Part shown: piece by piece, positions 1 through 9,181 of the stretch
How positions within the stretch are numbered: the first letter of the stretch is position 1
Layout: each line of letters begins with the position of its first letter
NCBI GenBank assembly: GCA_964612055.1
Contig: CAZTBI010000002.1
Span: 5,632-69,631 of the forward strand
Origin: an uncultured Bdellovibrionales bacterium
Lineage (GTDB): Bacteria; Patescibacteriota; Minisyncoccia; Moranbacterales; UBA1568
Reading direction: 5' to 3'
Length of the DNA: 64,000 nucleotides
Notes under the pieces: generated by a model
Seen by the model: the letters and a program-made list of their open reading frames with translations, nothing else
The model's database searches: none
What the model was told of the DNA's origin: nothing
Translations under genes and position numbers: made by a program

Positions 1-282
1 TCTCAAGACCCTCTGTCTGTTAAAATGCTTGCTCTCAAAGGAACTGATCTCATGAAGGAACTCGGTATTCCTCCTTCACCCATGATCGGTGCCCTCCTCG
101 ATGTTCTCCTGGCGGAAGTTATTGAGGATCCAAAAAAGAACACTCGAGAAGTACTACTCAAGCGAGCAGCCGAACTCAAAGAACACAATCTGGAGAAACT
201 CAGAAGTCTCGCAAAAGAAAAGATTGATGAGAAGCGAAGCGAGAACGATGCTGAAATAAAGAAGCACCACTGGATAGAGTAG
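1..282 (+). CDS. C-terminal fragment of CCA tRNA nucleotidyltransferase / poly(A) polymerase family protein (5' end outside window)
   Basis: Frame-1 ORF open from window edge to stop at 280-282; C-terminal motif LKGTDLMKELGIPPSPMIGALLDVLLAEVIEDPKKN resembles the C-terminal region of CCA-adding enzymes. Confidence 0.45.
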   Translation, partial: SQDPLSVKMLALKGTDLMKELGIPPSPMIGALLDVLLAEVIEDPKKNTREVLLKRAAELKEHNLEKLRSLAKEKIDEKRSENDAEIKKHHWIE

Positions 283-283
283 A

Positions 284-655
284 ATGGGTCAAACAACATT
301 TCGGATTGTAGTATATAATACCACTCAGAGAAAAGAGATTATGAAAATTTTTGTCCCAGGTATTAGCGACAATCCCGTCACTCTTATGAGGCGAGCGGGC
401 TACGTCTTTCAGCGACAGGAAGGTGGGGAAATGAGCTTTGTCCGTGTTCTCGCTCAATCCGGATATCCACGTTTTCACTGCTATACAAAAGTTTCTGGCG
501 TTGACCTTTTCTTGAATATGCACCTCGACCAGAAAAAACATACCTATGGTGCTGATACAACACGCCACCACGGAGAATATGAAGAGAGCAAACCAGTCAC
601 AGAAGAAGGAGCGAGACTCCTCAGTCTCCTTGGCGAAAAAGCGCAGCTCCTGTAA
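284..655 (+). CDS. hypothetical protein
   Basis: 123-aa ORF immediately after upstream stop; no recognisable motif. Confidence 0.4.
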   Translation: MGQTTFRIVVYNTTQRKEIMKIFVPGISDNPVTLMRRAGYVFQRQEGGEMSFVRVLAQSGYPRFHCYTKVSGVDLFLNMHLDQKKHTYGADTTRHHGEYEESKPVTEEGARLLSLLGEKAQLL

Positions 656-662
656 GAAAAAA

Positions 663-748
663 GCCGAGATGGTGGAATGGTAGACACACTAGCCTTAGGA
701 GCTAGCGGGAGCAATCCCATGAGAGTTCGAGTCTCTCTCTCGGCACCA
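663..748 (+). tRNA. tRNA-Leu (anticodon TAG), type II with long variable arm, CCA encoded
   Basis: Cloverleaf: acceptor GCCGAGA/TCTCGGC, anticodon stem CTAGC/GCTAG with loop CTTAGGA, long variable arm, T-loop TTCGAGT, ends ACCA. Confidence 0.85.
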
Positions 749-802
749 ACACAATTTCTCAATAGAAAAACTCCTAGACGATTTCTAGGAGTTTTTTAGT
801 CT

Positions 803-3625
803 CTAACGTTTTCGGAAAGGGAGCTGCGAAAGTTCCAAACGTTCCGGCAAAAGAACAAGGAAGAAACGCGTCGTAAAGAGAATCAAGACGACACTGAGGA
901 GGATTCTAAACGAGAACATGACAGAGGTTGGGATGTAGGACGCCAAGGTAGCAAGATATTTTTTTGCTCCCGGAAGTGTCCCTTGAGCAAAACCAGGTTC
1001 CTTGAGTTCAACCTGATCCGTGGCCGAGAAATGGATCTCTGGCGAATCAAGTGGTGAGATATTCCAAATGTCACGGAGTGCCTGACGAATACCCTGCGGC
1101 TGAACGACTGCAGCAGAGAGGCCGATGTTGTAAACATCCGGAGCTTCTTTGAGGGCAGTGAAAGCAATACTCATCCCCCCTCCCTCAGTCATAGAGACAC
1201 CGTCCACTGTCCACTGACGAACCGCCCTATCAGCCAAGAAATTTGGCAAGAAGGCTGCTTTAAAGGAGAGATTCTCACCAGAAAATCCTTCAAAAATTGA
1301 ATCGCTATATTCGCTACAATAACCATTTGGACAGGCCAGTGAAGCAGCGCCGTCCACATCCTTATACTGACCAACTAGTTTTGGCCAAGCCGTATTCGGA
1401 TCAACAGATTCTATAGAAAGTTCTGGGTCAATAACATGGAAAGCACGGGAGAGAGTCACTGTCTTACCCGTTTTCACGTCATTCGCTGTCATCGTGACAG
1501 CATAGGCGTCACCGACATTCCCTGATATTGGAAAGAAGTTTACAAAATTTTGTTGTCCAACAGTGATAGCGCCTGAAGCATCTTTTTCACAATCCTGAGA
1601 GACAACTGATCGATTACAGAAGAGTTTCGTCCCGTTGATAGTCCACTGGAAATTCGTCAAATCTGTTGGATCAACACGTAGACCAATAATCTCATTCTTA
1701 ATAACTCGACAGGCAGCTCGATCCAGAGGATCATCATTACAAATGAGCCCGGAAGCAAGAGGGGTAGGCAAAAGCACCTGTGTCCCATCTCCCACTACCT
1801 GAGTATTTACTTTGTACGCAGAGATCTTTTTCCCTGTCGAAGTAAATTTTACCACGACATCACTTTTCCCCTTGCGAATACTACCGCTGGCAAAGTTTTC
1901 TGAAACCTTGGCAGTAAAGCGTAGATATCCGATATCTCCGGTCAAGTAATCATCAAGTTGCCTCCCCGCCAAGAGGTAACTGCCATTATTCAGAATATCA
2001 AGCTTCAACCTCACTGTATCAAGAGCTGTCCCCTTGACGCTCCCGAGCAATTTGAGCCGCTGCAAGTCACTGGTTATTTTGGCTGAAACAAGATCACCAC
2101 CACTTCGGAATTGTGGGTTGTCGCTTATTTCAACGTCCCACTCAAAAAGTATTTCATTCACGCCACGTACCGCATTACCAACACTCGCCTCAGCAATAAC
2201 GAGGTCTCCCCCGGCATCCTCTGTCTCATCATTGATAGGCGCATCCGGACTAGCCGAAACAGAGACCTCGAGATTCGTCGCCTGGCCACCCTGAGTTGGG
2301 TCGACTAAGTTTCGCTCCAGACACTTATTCAGATCAATATCAGCCGCGTACATTGTTACCTCATACCCCTTGATCGTCTTGAAAAAAGATCCTGTCTCAT
2401 CAGCCAAAGAAAGCGGACAGTCTTTCTTTGAAAAGGCCCACATGATCATTGACGAAGAATCGTCATATTTGGTCGTGATCATCGATGTTCCTTCAACAGC
2501 CAGTCCTACCTGGTCACCTGAAGAATAATTCCAGGTAAAAGTACTCTGTCCCAAACCAGTCACATTGGCTTCATCCTTATTGCCATTATCTGCGGTATCA
2601 GGATCGGCCGGATCAGTCCCCCAGAAATCCTCTTCATCAGCCCCGAAAGAACCATCGCCCGTGACGTGTCCAGGAACCACTGGAAAGAGGTGAGCACAGT
2701 AGGTATTGAAACCACCCCCACCGCCACTGCAGGTTGTCAGTTCCGTACCACAAGAAGTCGAATATTTCGCATTGGAAACGCAACGAGGGGCCCCAACACT
2801 ACATTTTGGTACACCATCTACTCCACAGGCGGGAATGCCAGCAATATTACAGACATCGGACTCGGTAAAAGAAAAAGCCTGACTCGTCGTGTCAACACCA
2901 CCATCTCCAGGAACGGTAATATCCTCGGGACTGATTGTCTGCTCCCCTTCCATACACATCGGTGACTTACCATCTGGGCAATCGAAATTGATATCACCAG
3001 CATCCCCAAGCTCATAATTCTTTCCCGAAACTGAGTCATTGACATAGCAATGGTTCGGAGTGCTTACTTTGTTGTCACCACCAAAACGGGCTTTGTAGCC
3101 ATCATTATCAGTGTCAGAGTTATAATTCGCATCTGCCTTGTCGAAACCATTCTCCGCCAAAATTTGAGCCGCCTCTATTTTCCAATCTTCGACCGTAATT
3201 CTGCCATTACTATCACGGTCACATAGTGTTCGCACATCGTCACTCGGAGTATTGGTCAATCCACATTCTGCCCGCTTCAGGTACCAGGTATAGTACAGCT
3301 CACTCTCACTGTTTGAGAAATACATGGGAAAAGCTTTGGCAGAAATTTTCTCTCCTGATTTTGGGTCGCTCGGATTAAAGAAGAGGGATGCTTCTGGCGT
3401 CGGCTTCTTCACGTCTGCCGTATTAAAGTTTTCACCCTGACTCTGAATACTCCCCACATCAAGGTGGTAACGCTTTTCCATACCAGAAAGCATGGACGAA
3501 GCAGAGGGAATCGATGGGCCACCAAACAAACCAGCCGAAACCGGAGAAGCACTTACCACAAAAAGCTGGAGCAAGAGAAGTCCGCCAAGAAATGCTTTTT
3601 GTTTTTTTCGGAGAAAACTGACCAT
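803..3625 (-). CDS. large secreted Cys/Gly/Asp/Thr-rich cell-surface protein with Sec signal peptide and C-terminal TM anchor plus basic tail
   Basis: 941 aa if started at MVSFLRKKQKAFLGGLLLLQLFVVSASPVSA (avoids overlap with upstream gene); many Cys pairs and Ca-binding-like D-x-D-x-D-G motifs; C-terminus ...YIPTSVMFSFRILLSVVLILFTTRFFLVLLPERLELSQLPFRKR. Confidence 0.6.
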   Translation of the reverse strand: MVSFLRKKQKAFLGGLLLLQLFVVSASPVSAGLFGGPSIPSASSMLSGMEKRYHLDVGSIQSQGENFNTADVKKPTPEASLFFNPSDPKSGEKISAKAFPMYFSNSESELYYTWYLKRAECGLTNTPSDDVRTLCDRDSNGRITVEDWKIEAAQILAENGFDKADANYNSDTDNDGYKARFGGDNKVSTPNHCYVNDSVSGKNYELGDAGDINFDCPDGKSPMCMEGEQTISPEDITVPGDGGVDTTSQAFSFTESDVCNIAGIPACGVDGVPKCSVGAPRCVSNAKYSTSCGTELTTCSGGGGGFNTYCAHLFPVVPGHVTGDGSFGADEEDFWGTDPADPDTADNGNKDEANVTGLGQSTFTWNYSSGDQVGLAVEGTSMITTKYDDSSSMIMWAFSKKDCPLSLADETGSFFKTIKGYEVTMYAADIDLNKCLERNLVDPTQGGQATNLEVSVSASPDAPINDETEDAGGDLVIAEASVGNAVRGVNEILFEWDVEISDNPQFRSGGDLVSAKITSDLQRLKLLGSVKGTALDTVRLKLDILNNGSYLLAGRQLDDYLTGDIGYLRFTAKVSENFASGSIRKGKSDVVVKFTSTGKKISAYKVNTQVVGDGTQVLLPTPLASGLICNDDPLDRAACRVIKNEIIGLRVDPTDLTNFQWTINGTKLFCNRSVVSQDCEKDASGAITVGQQNFVNFFPISGNVGDAYAVTMTANDVKTGKTVTLSRAFHVIDPELSIESVDPNTAWPKLVGQYKDVDGAASLACPNGYCSEYSDSIFEGFSGENLSFKAAFLPNFLADRAVRQWTVDGVSMTEGGGMSIAFTALKEAPDVYNIGLSAAVVQPQGIRQALRDIWNISPLDSPEIHFSATDQVELKEPGFAQGTLPGAKKYLATLASYIPTSVMFSFRILLSVVLILFTTRFFLVLLPERLELSQLPFRKR

Positions 3626-3636
3626 ACCACTACACA

Positions 3637-4290
3637 TCAATGAATCACCAAGAGAAAAATGTCTGTTAAGAAAAAGAATGTCCAACTTGCTGCCCAAGAA
3701 TACCAGATGGATCGTGAAAAGTAAGCGACCAGACCAGCAAGTGGGCTAAAGACAATGAGCGGTGCTCTTTGCCAAGAGATATCCCCTGAAAGATACAGCA
3801 ACCCTACAAACAACGCTGCTTGGAAAAATACCGCCAAGAGACCAAATGACTTGAGCCACAGGAGTTGCACCAGGCCACGGAAAAACACCTCATAGAGAAG
3901 CGTCGTCAATGAAACCAAGAGCAATTCGTAGAGAAGAAACCAGAAGAAATGGAGCTGTACGGTCACCGGGAAAAAGTAGTGCTCAGTAAAAGATGTATAG
4001 CGACTAAGCAAGAACATTATCCCGAGCGCCAAGGCAACACATAGTATGCCTACGAACACTCCAAGAAAGCTGCTTCCCTCCTGCCAACCCAGATTTTTCA
4101 GGGACTCCTTCAATACTATTTTACTATACAATACCGGAACTACCAAGAAGAATGTCACCCCCACTAAGAGCGTTTGAAAGACTGGATTCACCTTGTCGCT
4201 CTGACTAAAAATCCCAAGAAAAAAGATGGAGCAGAGAACCAAGAGCCCGGTCACGATAAAACGCTTATTTAAAAAAATTTCTTTGGTCAT
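3637..4290 (-). CDS. polytopic membrane protein, CPBP (CAAX protease / Abi)-like intramembrane metalloprotease family, tentative
   Basis: 217 aa, about 6 TM helices; motif YEVFFRGLVQ resembles CPBP motif 1 (EExxxR/FRG); other CPBP motifs not clearly seen. Confidence 0.35.
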   Translation of the reverse strand: MTKEIFLNKRFIVTGLLVLCSIFFLGIFSQSDKVNPVFQTLLVGVTFFLVVPVLYSKIVLKESLKNLGWQEGSSFLGVFVGILCVALALGIMFLLSRYTSFTEHYFFPVTVQLHFFWFLLYELLLVSLTTLLYEVFFRGLVQLLWLKSFGLLAVFFQAALFVGLLYLSGDISWQRAPLIVFSPLAGLVAYFSRSIWYSWAASWTFFFLTDIFLLVIH

Positions 4291-4295
4291 AGGCT

Positions 4296-4874
4296 TTACG
4301 CTACTTTTCTTACTGATTGAGGCTGGTACGCACTGTCATTAGCCGCCTCCTGTTGATACTGAGCATTATTGGCCGCTTCCGTTTCCTGGAAAGCCGCAGC
4401 CGCTCGAGACATCTGATATTCACGGATTCGTTCAGCATTGGTTCTCGCCGTTCCTTCCGCCTCCAGTTGTTTCTGCTCCTTTTTCCAGGCACTACGAGCC
4501 ATCATATAAAGAATTACCACCGTCAATGTCTCCAAAGGAAGAAAATTCAGTCCAAATCCTACTGCCTCTACCAAACTAAAGAACATGAGTACTAAACCCC
4601 GAGTCATCTTGTTGCTCTGCTTCCCTCCCGAGCGGTCGAACAGTGTCATCAGCATCCAAATCAGAAAGGCGAAACAAGCAGTCACGACCGTTCCTATCCC
4701 AGGAAATGACCCTACTGCCGCAAAATCAAGTAAGTCTTTGAGAAGAGCAATTAAGCTTAGCCCCAAATACAACATCGCAGAAGGCTTTTCTCCAGTAAAC
4801 TTTGAGGCATGACTTTGAGTAGTCCTTTTATAGGCCGCCGCCAATATTCTCGCTTGTGGAGGAAGTGGTGCCAT
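4296..4874 (-). CDS. hypothetical membrane protein with Gln/Ala-rich C-terminal tail (T4SS-cluster associated)
   Basis: 192 aa, 3-4 predicted TM segments, C-terminal low-complexity QQEAANDSAYQPQ. Confidence 0.5.
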   Translation of the reverse strand: MAPLPPQARILAAAYKRTTQSHASKFTGEKPSAMLYLGLSLIALLKDLLDFAAVGSFPGIGTVVTACFAFLIWMLMTLFDRSGGKQSNKMTRGLVLMFFSLVEAVGFGLNFLPLETLTVVILYMMARSAWKKEQKQLEAEGTARTNAERIREYQMSRAAAAFQETEAANNAQYQQEAANDSAYQPQSVRKVA

Positions 4875-4886
4875 AACTCTATCTCT

Positions 4887-6887
4887 TTAATTCCCCGCAT
4901 CAAAATCCTTTTTCGCTTCTTCAATCTCGAGGAGCTGACGCGGATCAGAAGTAATAATCTGGTCTTCGCTGTAGGAAGCGATGATCTTGATCGCCGCATG
5001 CTTGGTACCGGCAAAGAATATTCCTTCTCCGACATTACTCTCGAGGAGCAAAAACTTCTCATGATCCGTCAAAAAGAACGTCTCTGCGATAAGCTCAATC
5101 GAGGATGGCGACTGGCGCAAGAGTAACTGAAGCGAAGAGTTGGTAATAATCGGCTTGCCGTAGCGTGACGACATGAAGTCGCTGATATCCTGCGTAATAG
5201 TCGTCAGTCCGGTGTAGTATTTACGACAACGTTTGGCAATACCGAAGAGAAAGCCGGCAGCATCTTCATGCTGCATCATGACCCAGGCCTCATCAACGAC
5301 GACCACCCGCTTCTTCAGCTTGCTCCGAATTTCATTCCAGATAAACTGCAAGATAATATACATAGCAATCGGCCGCAACTCTTCCTCAAGATCACGGATA
5401 TTGAACGCTACCAACTGATTGTCCGTCTCGATATTCGTCTGCTTGTCGAGAAAGCCACCAAAAATACCGTCCGTGTAGCGTTCCAAACGGATCGACAATG
5501 ACTCTGCTCCTTCCATATTCTGAAGCACGGCGTACAAATCTGACATCGTTGGAAACGAAGAGGCATCAAACTGAGAAAAATCACTGCGCTCATTGATATC
5601 TCGAATAGCATACGTCTCTCTGATGGCCCGGTCGAGGATCGAGTCTTCTTCTGGCGTCACTGAGCCCAACATGAGATGAAGAAGACCGATCAAATTAGCA
5701 ATGGAATTCCGGAAGACTCCTTCTGGATCCTCATCATCTACGGCTTTCGGAAGATCAAAAGGGTTCAAGTGGACATCGGAATTCAGAGAAATTTTAAGGA
5801 AACTCCCGCCCACTGCTTCACAGAGGTGTTTGTATTCATTTTCCGGATCGATGATGATAACACTCGAACCAAACATCATCGATCGCAAAACTTCAAGCTT
5901 CACAGTGTAACTTTTTCCAGCACCAGATTTGGCAAACACCACCATGTTGGCATTTTCCATTTTGAAACGATCGAAGAGTATCAGTCCGTTATTATGCCGG
6001 TTGATACCATAGAAAATACCCTGGTTCGAAGAAAGATCAGAAGAAACAAAGGGGAACGTGGTTGAAAGTGGCTCGGTATTCAAGTTATTAGCGACATCGA
6101 GAACATCATTGGCCAGTGGCCGCGTCGCTGAAAATCCCTGATCCATGCGGAGAACGGCTGGTTTGATGTACACCAACTGTGCTTCCAGAATCGACTCAAT
6201 GGCGTGACACTTATCACTCAAATCATCTTCGTCTTTACCATACACCGTCATGTACAAACCGAAACGGAAAAACTTTTCTGTTCCTTGCTGCAGTCTATCA
6301 CGCAAGCCTTCAATATCTTCCAGAGCGGTCTCGAGCATCGGGTCGCGAATCTTACCATCTTCAGCTTCGATATGGATCTGTGACTGCACCTGCGTCGCTG
6401 ACTTCCGCAGATTTTTCATGATTTCCGCCGTATCAATCGGATGGACGAAAAGCGCCGTGTCCATGCTGAAATCAATATTGATGATTGGTGAAAACCAATT
6501 GGTCGAGAGATAGCGTGGATAGGCAACCACGAAGTAGGTCCGGGCCAGAACATTGCCAACCTGCATACTATTGGAGCTCAATTTGATTGCTGGTGGAGCA
6601 ATCAAGTCCCGGAGCGTAGCCACTCCTTTTTTATACAAGGCATCCGCTTCCTTTGAAGCCTCGCCTTTGCCAAAAAGAGATGGGTTGGCCATAGGATTCA
6701 TCCGAGGAAGCGGAGCGGCCGGAACCACTGGTATTGCTTTCTCTATCTTTTCTTCAGGCAGAGCTTCTGGAACAACTGCTTCTGTCTGAGGCTCTGCTGT
6801 TTCTTCAGATACTGGAGACGATGAAGTAGGTGTGAGAGTTTTTCCCAGTACCGGACCCTTATCATCTCTGAAAACTATCCTTTCCAT
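4887..6887 (-). CDS. virB4: VirB4/TrbE/CagE-family T4SS ATPase, C-terminal ATPase portion
   Basis: Walker A VVFAKSGAGKSYTV, Walker B VVVVDEAWVMM, length and order typical of the VirB4 C-terminal domain. Confidence 0.85.
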   Translation of the reverse strand: MERIVFRDDKGPVLGKTLTPTSSSPVSEETAEPQTEAVVPEALPEEKIEKAIPVVPAAPLPRMNPMANPSLFGKGEASKEADALYKKGVATLRDLIAPPAIKLSSNSMQVGNVLARTYFVVAYPRYLSTNWFSPIINIDFSMDTALFVHPIDTAEIMKNLRKSATQVQSQIHIEAEDGKIRDPMLETALEDIEGLRDRLQQGTEKFFRFGLYMTVYGKDEDDLSDKCHAIESILEAQLVYIKPAVLRMDQGFSATRPLANDVLDVANNLNTEPLSTTFPFVSSDLSSNQGIFYGINRHNNGLILFDRFKMENANMVVFAKSGAGKSYTVKLEVLRSMMFGSSVIIIDPENEYKHLCEAVGGSFLKISLNSDVHLNPFDLPKAVDDEDPEGVFRNSIANLIGLLHLMLGSVTPEEDSILDRAIRETYAIRDINERSDFSQFDASSFPTMSDLYAVLQNMEGAESLSIRLERYTDGIFGGFLDKQTNIETDNQLVAFNIRDLEEELRPIAMYIILQFIWNEIRSKLKKRVVVVDEAWVMMQHEDAAGFLFGIAKRCRKYYTGLTTITQDISDFMSSRYGKPIITNSSLQLLLRQSPSSIELIAETFFLTDHEKFLLLESNVGEGIFFAGTKHAAIKIIASYSEDQIITSDPRQLLEIEEAKKDFDAGN

Positions 6888-6898
6888 GAAAACGAAAT

Positions 6899-7588
6899 TT
6901 AAGCGAGTTCTATCTTCTCTATATTTTTCAAGTCCGTCGTCGTGAAGAGTGACGGATTGTAGCTGTTGTAGAGCAATTCTATGATCTCTTCCGTATTGAG
7001 CTGCGTCACCTTGATACCTGTAGAAGAGAGTGCGGCCGCGATGTGATCCACTCGTTGCAACAACTGACTCCTATACGTTTCAAACAACTCCCCCTTCGAG
7101 CGAACCGCTTGTTTGGGACTAAAAATACCCATCATCTTGGCCACAAAACCTCCTTCTTGATCTTCTACTGGAGAAAATGGCACCACGATATAAAAAAACT
7201 TGGACATGATATTTGAGACCTCGCTCAAGTTCTTGATGAACGCTTTGTACTCGCCGATCTGAAAACGGAGGAGTTCGTTTTGCTGCTGTTTCTCTTCGTC
7301 ATCAAGCTGCTCCATGTACGGGGCAATATTGAAGCGACGGGACTGAATGACGATCTGCACTGGAAAATCGAGCGAATTCAGAAATGCCTGGTACTGAGCA
7401 ATAATCGCTTCTTGTTCCTGGCCAGATTTAAGATCGAAATTAAGCGAAGAAACCAGAAGCACTGCTCGCAGGGCGCCTGATTTCAAAACAATCACACCGT
7501 CGCGCATTTCTTCAACATCGACGTACTTCTGAGTACTCGAGGCGCTATTGGTTCGTTTTTTTGGTTTCAAAAACTCCATACACACCAA
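6899..7588 (-). CDS. VirB4 N-terminal domain (Gram-positive PrgJ/Orf16-type), separate ORF
   Basis: YVDVEEMRDGVIVLKSGALRAVLLVSSLNFDLKSGQEQEAIIAQYQAFLNSLDFPVQIVIQS matches the characteristic N-terminal region of Gram-positive VirB4 homologs; ends 11 nt upstream of the ATPase ORF in a different frame. Confidence 0.65.
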   Translation of the reverse strand: MVCMEFLKPKKRTNSASSTQKYVDVEEMRDGVIVLKSGALRAVLLVSSLNFDLKSGQEQEAIIAQYQAFLNSLDFPVQIVIQSRRFNIAPYMEQLDDEEKQQQNELLRFQIGEYKAFIKNLSEVSNIMSKFFYIVVPFSPVEDQEGGFVAKMMGIFSPKQAVRSKGELFETYRSQLLQRVDHIAAALSSTGIKVTQLNTEEIIELLYNSYNPSLFTTTDLKNIEKIELA

Positions 7589-7666
7589 ATATCAATTATC
7601 AGCTCGCATCAATCATACTCGTTTCAACTCACCGCTCTTCTTCGTTGATTGCTCTTTGCTCTCTGT

Positions 7667-8071
7667 TTACTGTCTCCTGTCCATAATACGAGCTAACTCT
7701 TTCAGTGTATCACGGGTCAGTTGCTTTTCAGGTTGCACCTCTTCTTGTGGCTTGTTATTTTCGGAACGAGATTTTACGGAAACCATCGGCATAACTGGAC
7801 GCTCCCAAACAGCCACCTTGGGACGAAAGAGAAAAAGCACCGCCTGTCCGATAAAGGATGATAGGGTAAAACCATTAGGCTTATAAAAAGCCAGAGCGAT
7901 AAACAGGAGCACTACCGGAATACCAAACACAATGGCTAAAGTCGTTCCAAAGGTCGTAAACAAAACCAGGAGCACCGCTCCCATAGCAATCATCCAGAGC
8001 AACTGCCGCCATGTTAGTGGACCAGCAATCTTGTCTTCGACATCAACGAATTGTGGAACACTCGACATCAT
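7667..8071 (-). CDS. PrgI-family / VirB3-like small membrane protein
   Basis: 134 aa; FVDVEDKIAGPLTWRQLLWMIAMGAVLLV followed by two TM helices; placed immediately upstream of VirB4 as in Gram-positive T4SS. Confidence 0.5.
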   Translation of the reverse strand: MMSSVPQFVDVEDKIAGPLTWRQLLWMIAMGAVLLVLFTTFGTTLAIVFGIPVVLLFIALAFYKPNGFTLSSFIGQAVLFLFRPKVAVWERPVMPMVSVKSRSENNKPQEEVQPEKQLTRDTLKELARIMDRRQ

Positions 8072-8089
8072 ATGCTTGAATATATTCTC

Positions 8090-9169
8090 TTACTCTTCTT
8101 TCCCGAGACTCACCGGTCGAATATGAAAGGGGTTTGCCTTGGGCATCGGAGCCCGAGGCGCCATTCTTTGTGGCATATTCTGCGGTTCCGGTGCCGTTCT
8201 TTCCTGCGGGATAGCCTGCGCTTTTTCTGCTGGCAGAACATGTTTCGAAGAAAACGAGAGGGTCCCTGACTGTTCTGGTGCAGCTGTTTTTGGGGTATTC
8301 ATAGTGGTAGTACCAAAATGAAAACTGGCACTATTTTGCAAAGGAGCCATTCTCGATGGAGCAACAGCTTGTGGTACTGGTCGTGGCGCCTGCGGGGCGA
8401 CAAAGGTCGGGAAAAGAACCAGGCTCTGCTCGGTATCGATTTCCAAAGGAAAGTTCTCTTCTACAGACTTAAGCACGAGGTTGACTCGCTCCCGTTCTTC
8501 CGGAGAAAGTCGCTTCCCATTCTCCGAACGAAAGAGGAAATTCCCACGCTGCACACTATCATGGTGCCCCACCCCCAGTTCATCGCGGTAATACTTGATC
8601 CAATAGAGAAGCGACGGACGGACTGGTTCACTTTGAGATTTGATTTTGATGCGCTCGCGAGTAATAAGTTGGTTACCCAACTGTTCATATTTGGAAAGGG
8701 CTTGAAGGAGCGGCAGCTTCACCGTTACTACAACTTGCTTTTTCTCCTCTTCAGACACTTCCTCAACTTTCACTTTCGGTTTGATAGTCAGAATTTCTTT
8801 CTGAATAAACTCAACAATAGCCTTAGCTTGATTCGGATCACCTCCACCACTCTCAGTGAGCATACTTGCAATTCTTGCCTCCAGTTCTGTGAGCTGTATC
8901 TCACCAAAAAAGAGTTCCCGAACAATCAAACTTACACTTCCTATAACAGAATCCTTTAGTTTTACTTTTTCCTGTAGGGACTTGATTTTTTGCGGCATTT
9001 CACTAGAAAGAATCACTTCTTGCTTATCCTGAGAAAGCTTTTCGAAGGCATCCCAAACAGACTGATCATCCTCAGGGGACATCTTTTCTTCCGTACCTTC
9101 CTTTGATACTACCATCGGATAATACCGCCGCTCTTTAATTTTTTTTTCACCTAGACCAAACATTGGCAT
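8090..9169 (-). CDS. hypothetical soluble protein with Pro-rich C-terminus (T4SS-cluster associated)
   Basis: 359 aa, no TM, C-terminal APQAPRPVPQAVAPS...PQRMAPRAPMP low complexity. Confidence 0.5.
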   Translation of the reverse strand: MPMFGLGEKKIKERRYYPMVVSKEGTEEKMSPEDDQSVWDAFEKLSQDKQEVILSSEMPQKIKSLQEKVKLKDSVIGSVSLIVRELFFGEIQLTELEARIASMLTESGGGDPNQAKAIVEFIQKEILTIKPKVKVEEVSEEEKKQVVVTVKLPLLQALSKYEQLGNQLITRERIKIKSQSEPVRPSLLYWIKYYRDELGVGHHDSVQRGNFLFRSENGKRLSPEERERVNLVLKSVEENFPLEIDTEQSLVLFPTFVAPQAPRPVPQAVAPSRMAPLQNSASFHFGTTTMNTPKTAAPEQSGTLSFSSKHVLPAEKAQAIPQERTAPEPQNMPQRMAPRAPMPKANPFHIRPVSLGKEE

Positions 9170-9181
9170 GATTCTCCAATT

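Noticed and set aside
663-748. tRNA-Leu as the attachment site of an integrative element comprising the T4SS-like cluster
   Set aside because: No direct repeat of the tRNA-Leu 3' end was found near the recombinase end (12.6-14.0 kb) by eye, so this is kept only as a possibility inside finding 1 and not called as a mobile element.
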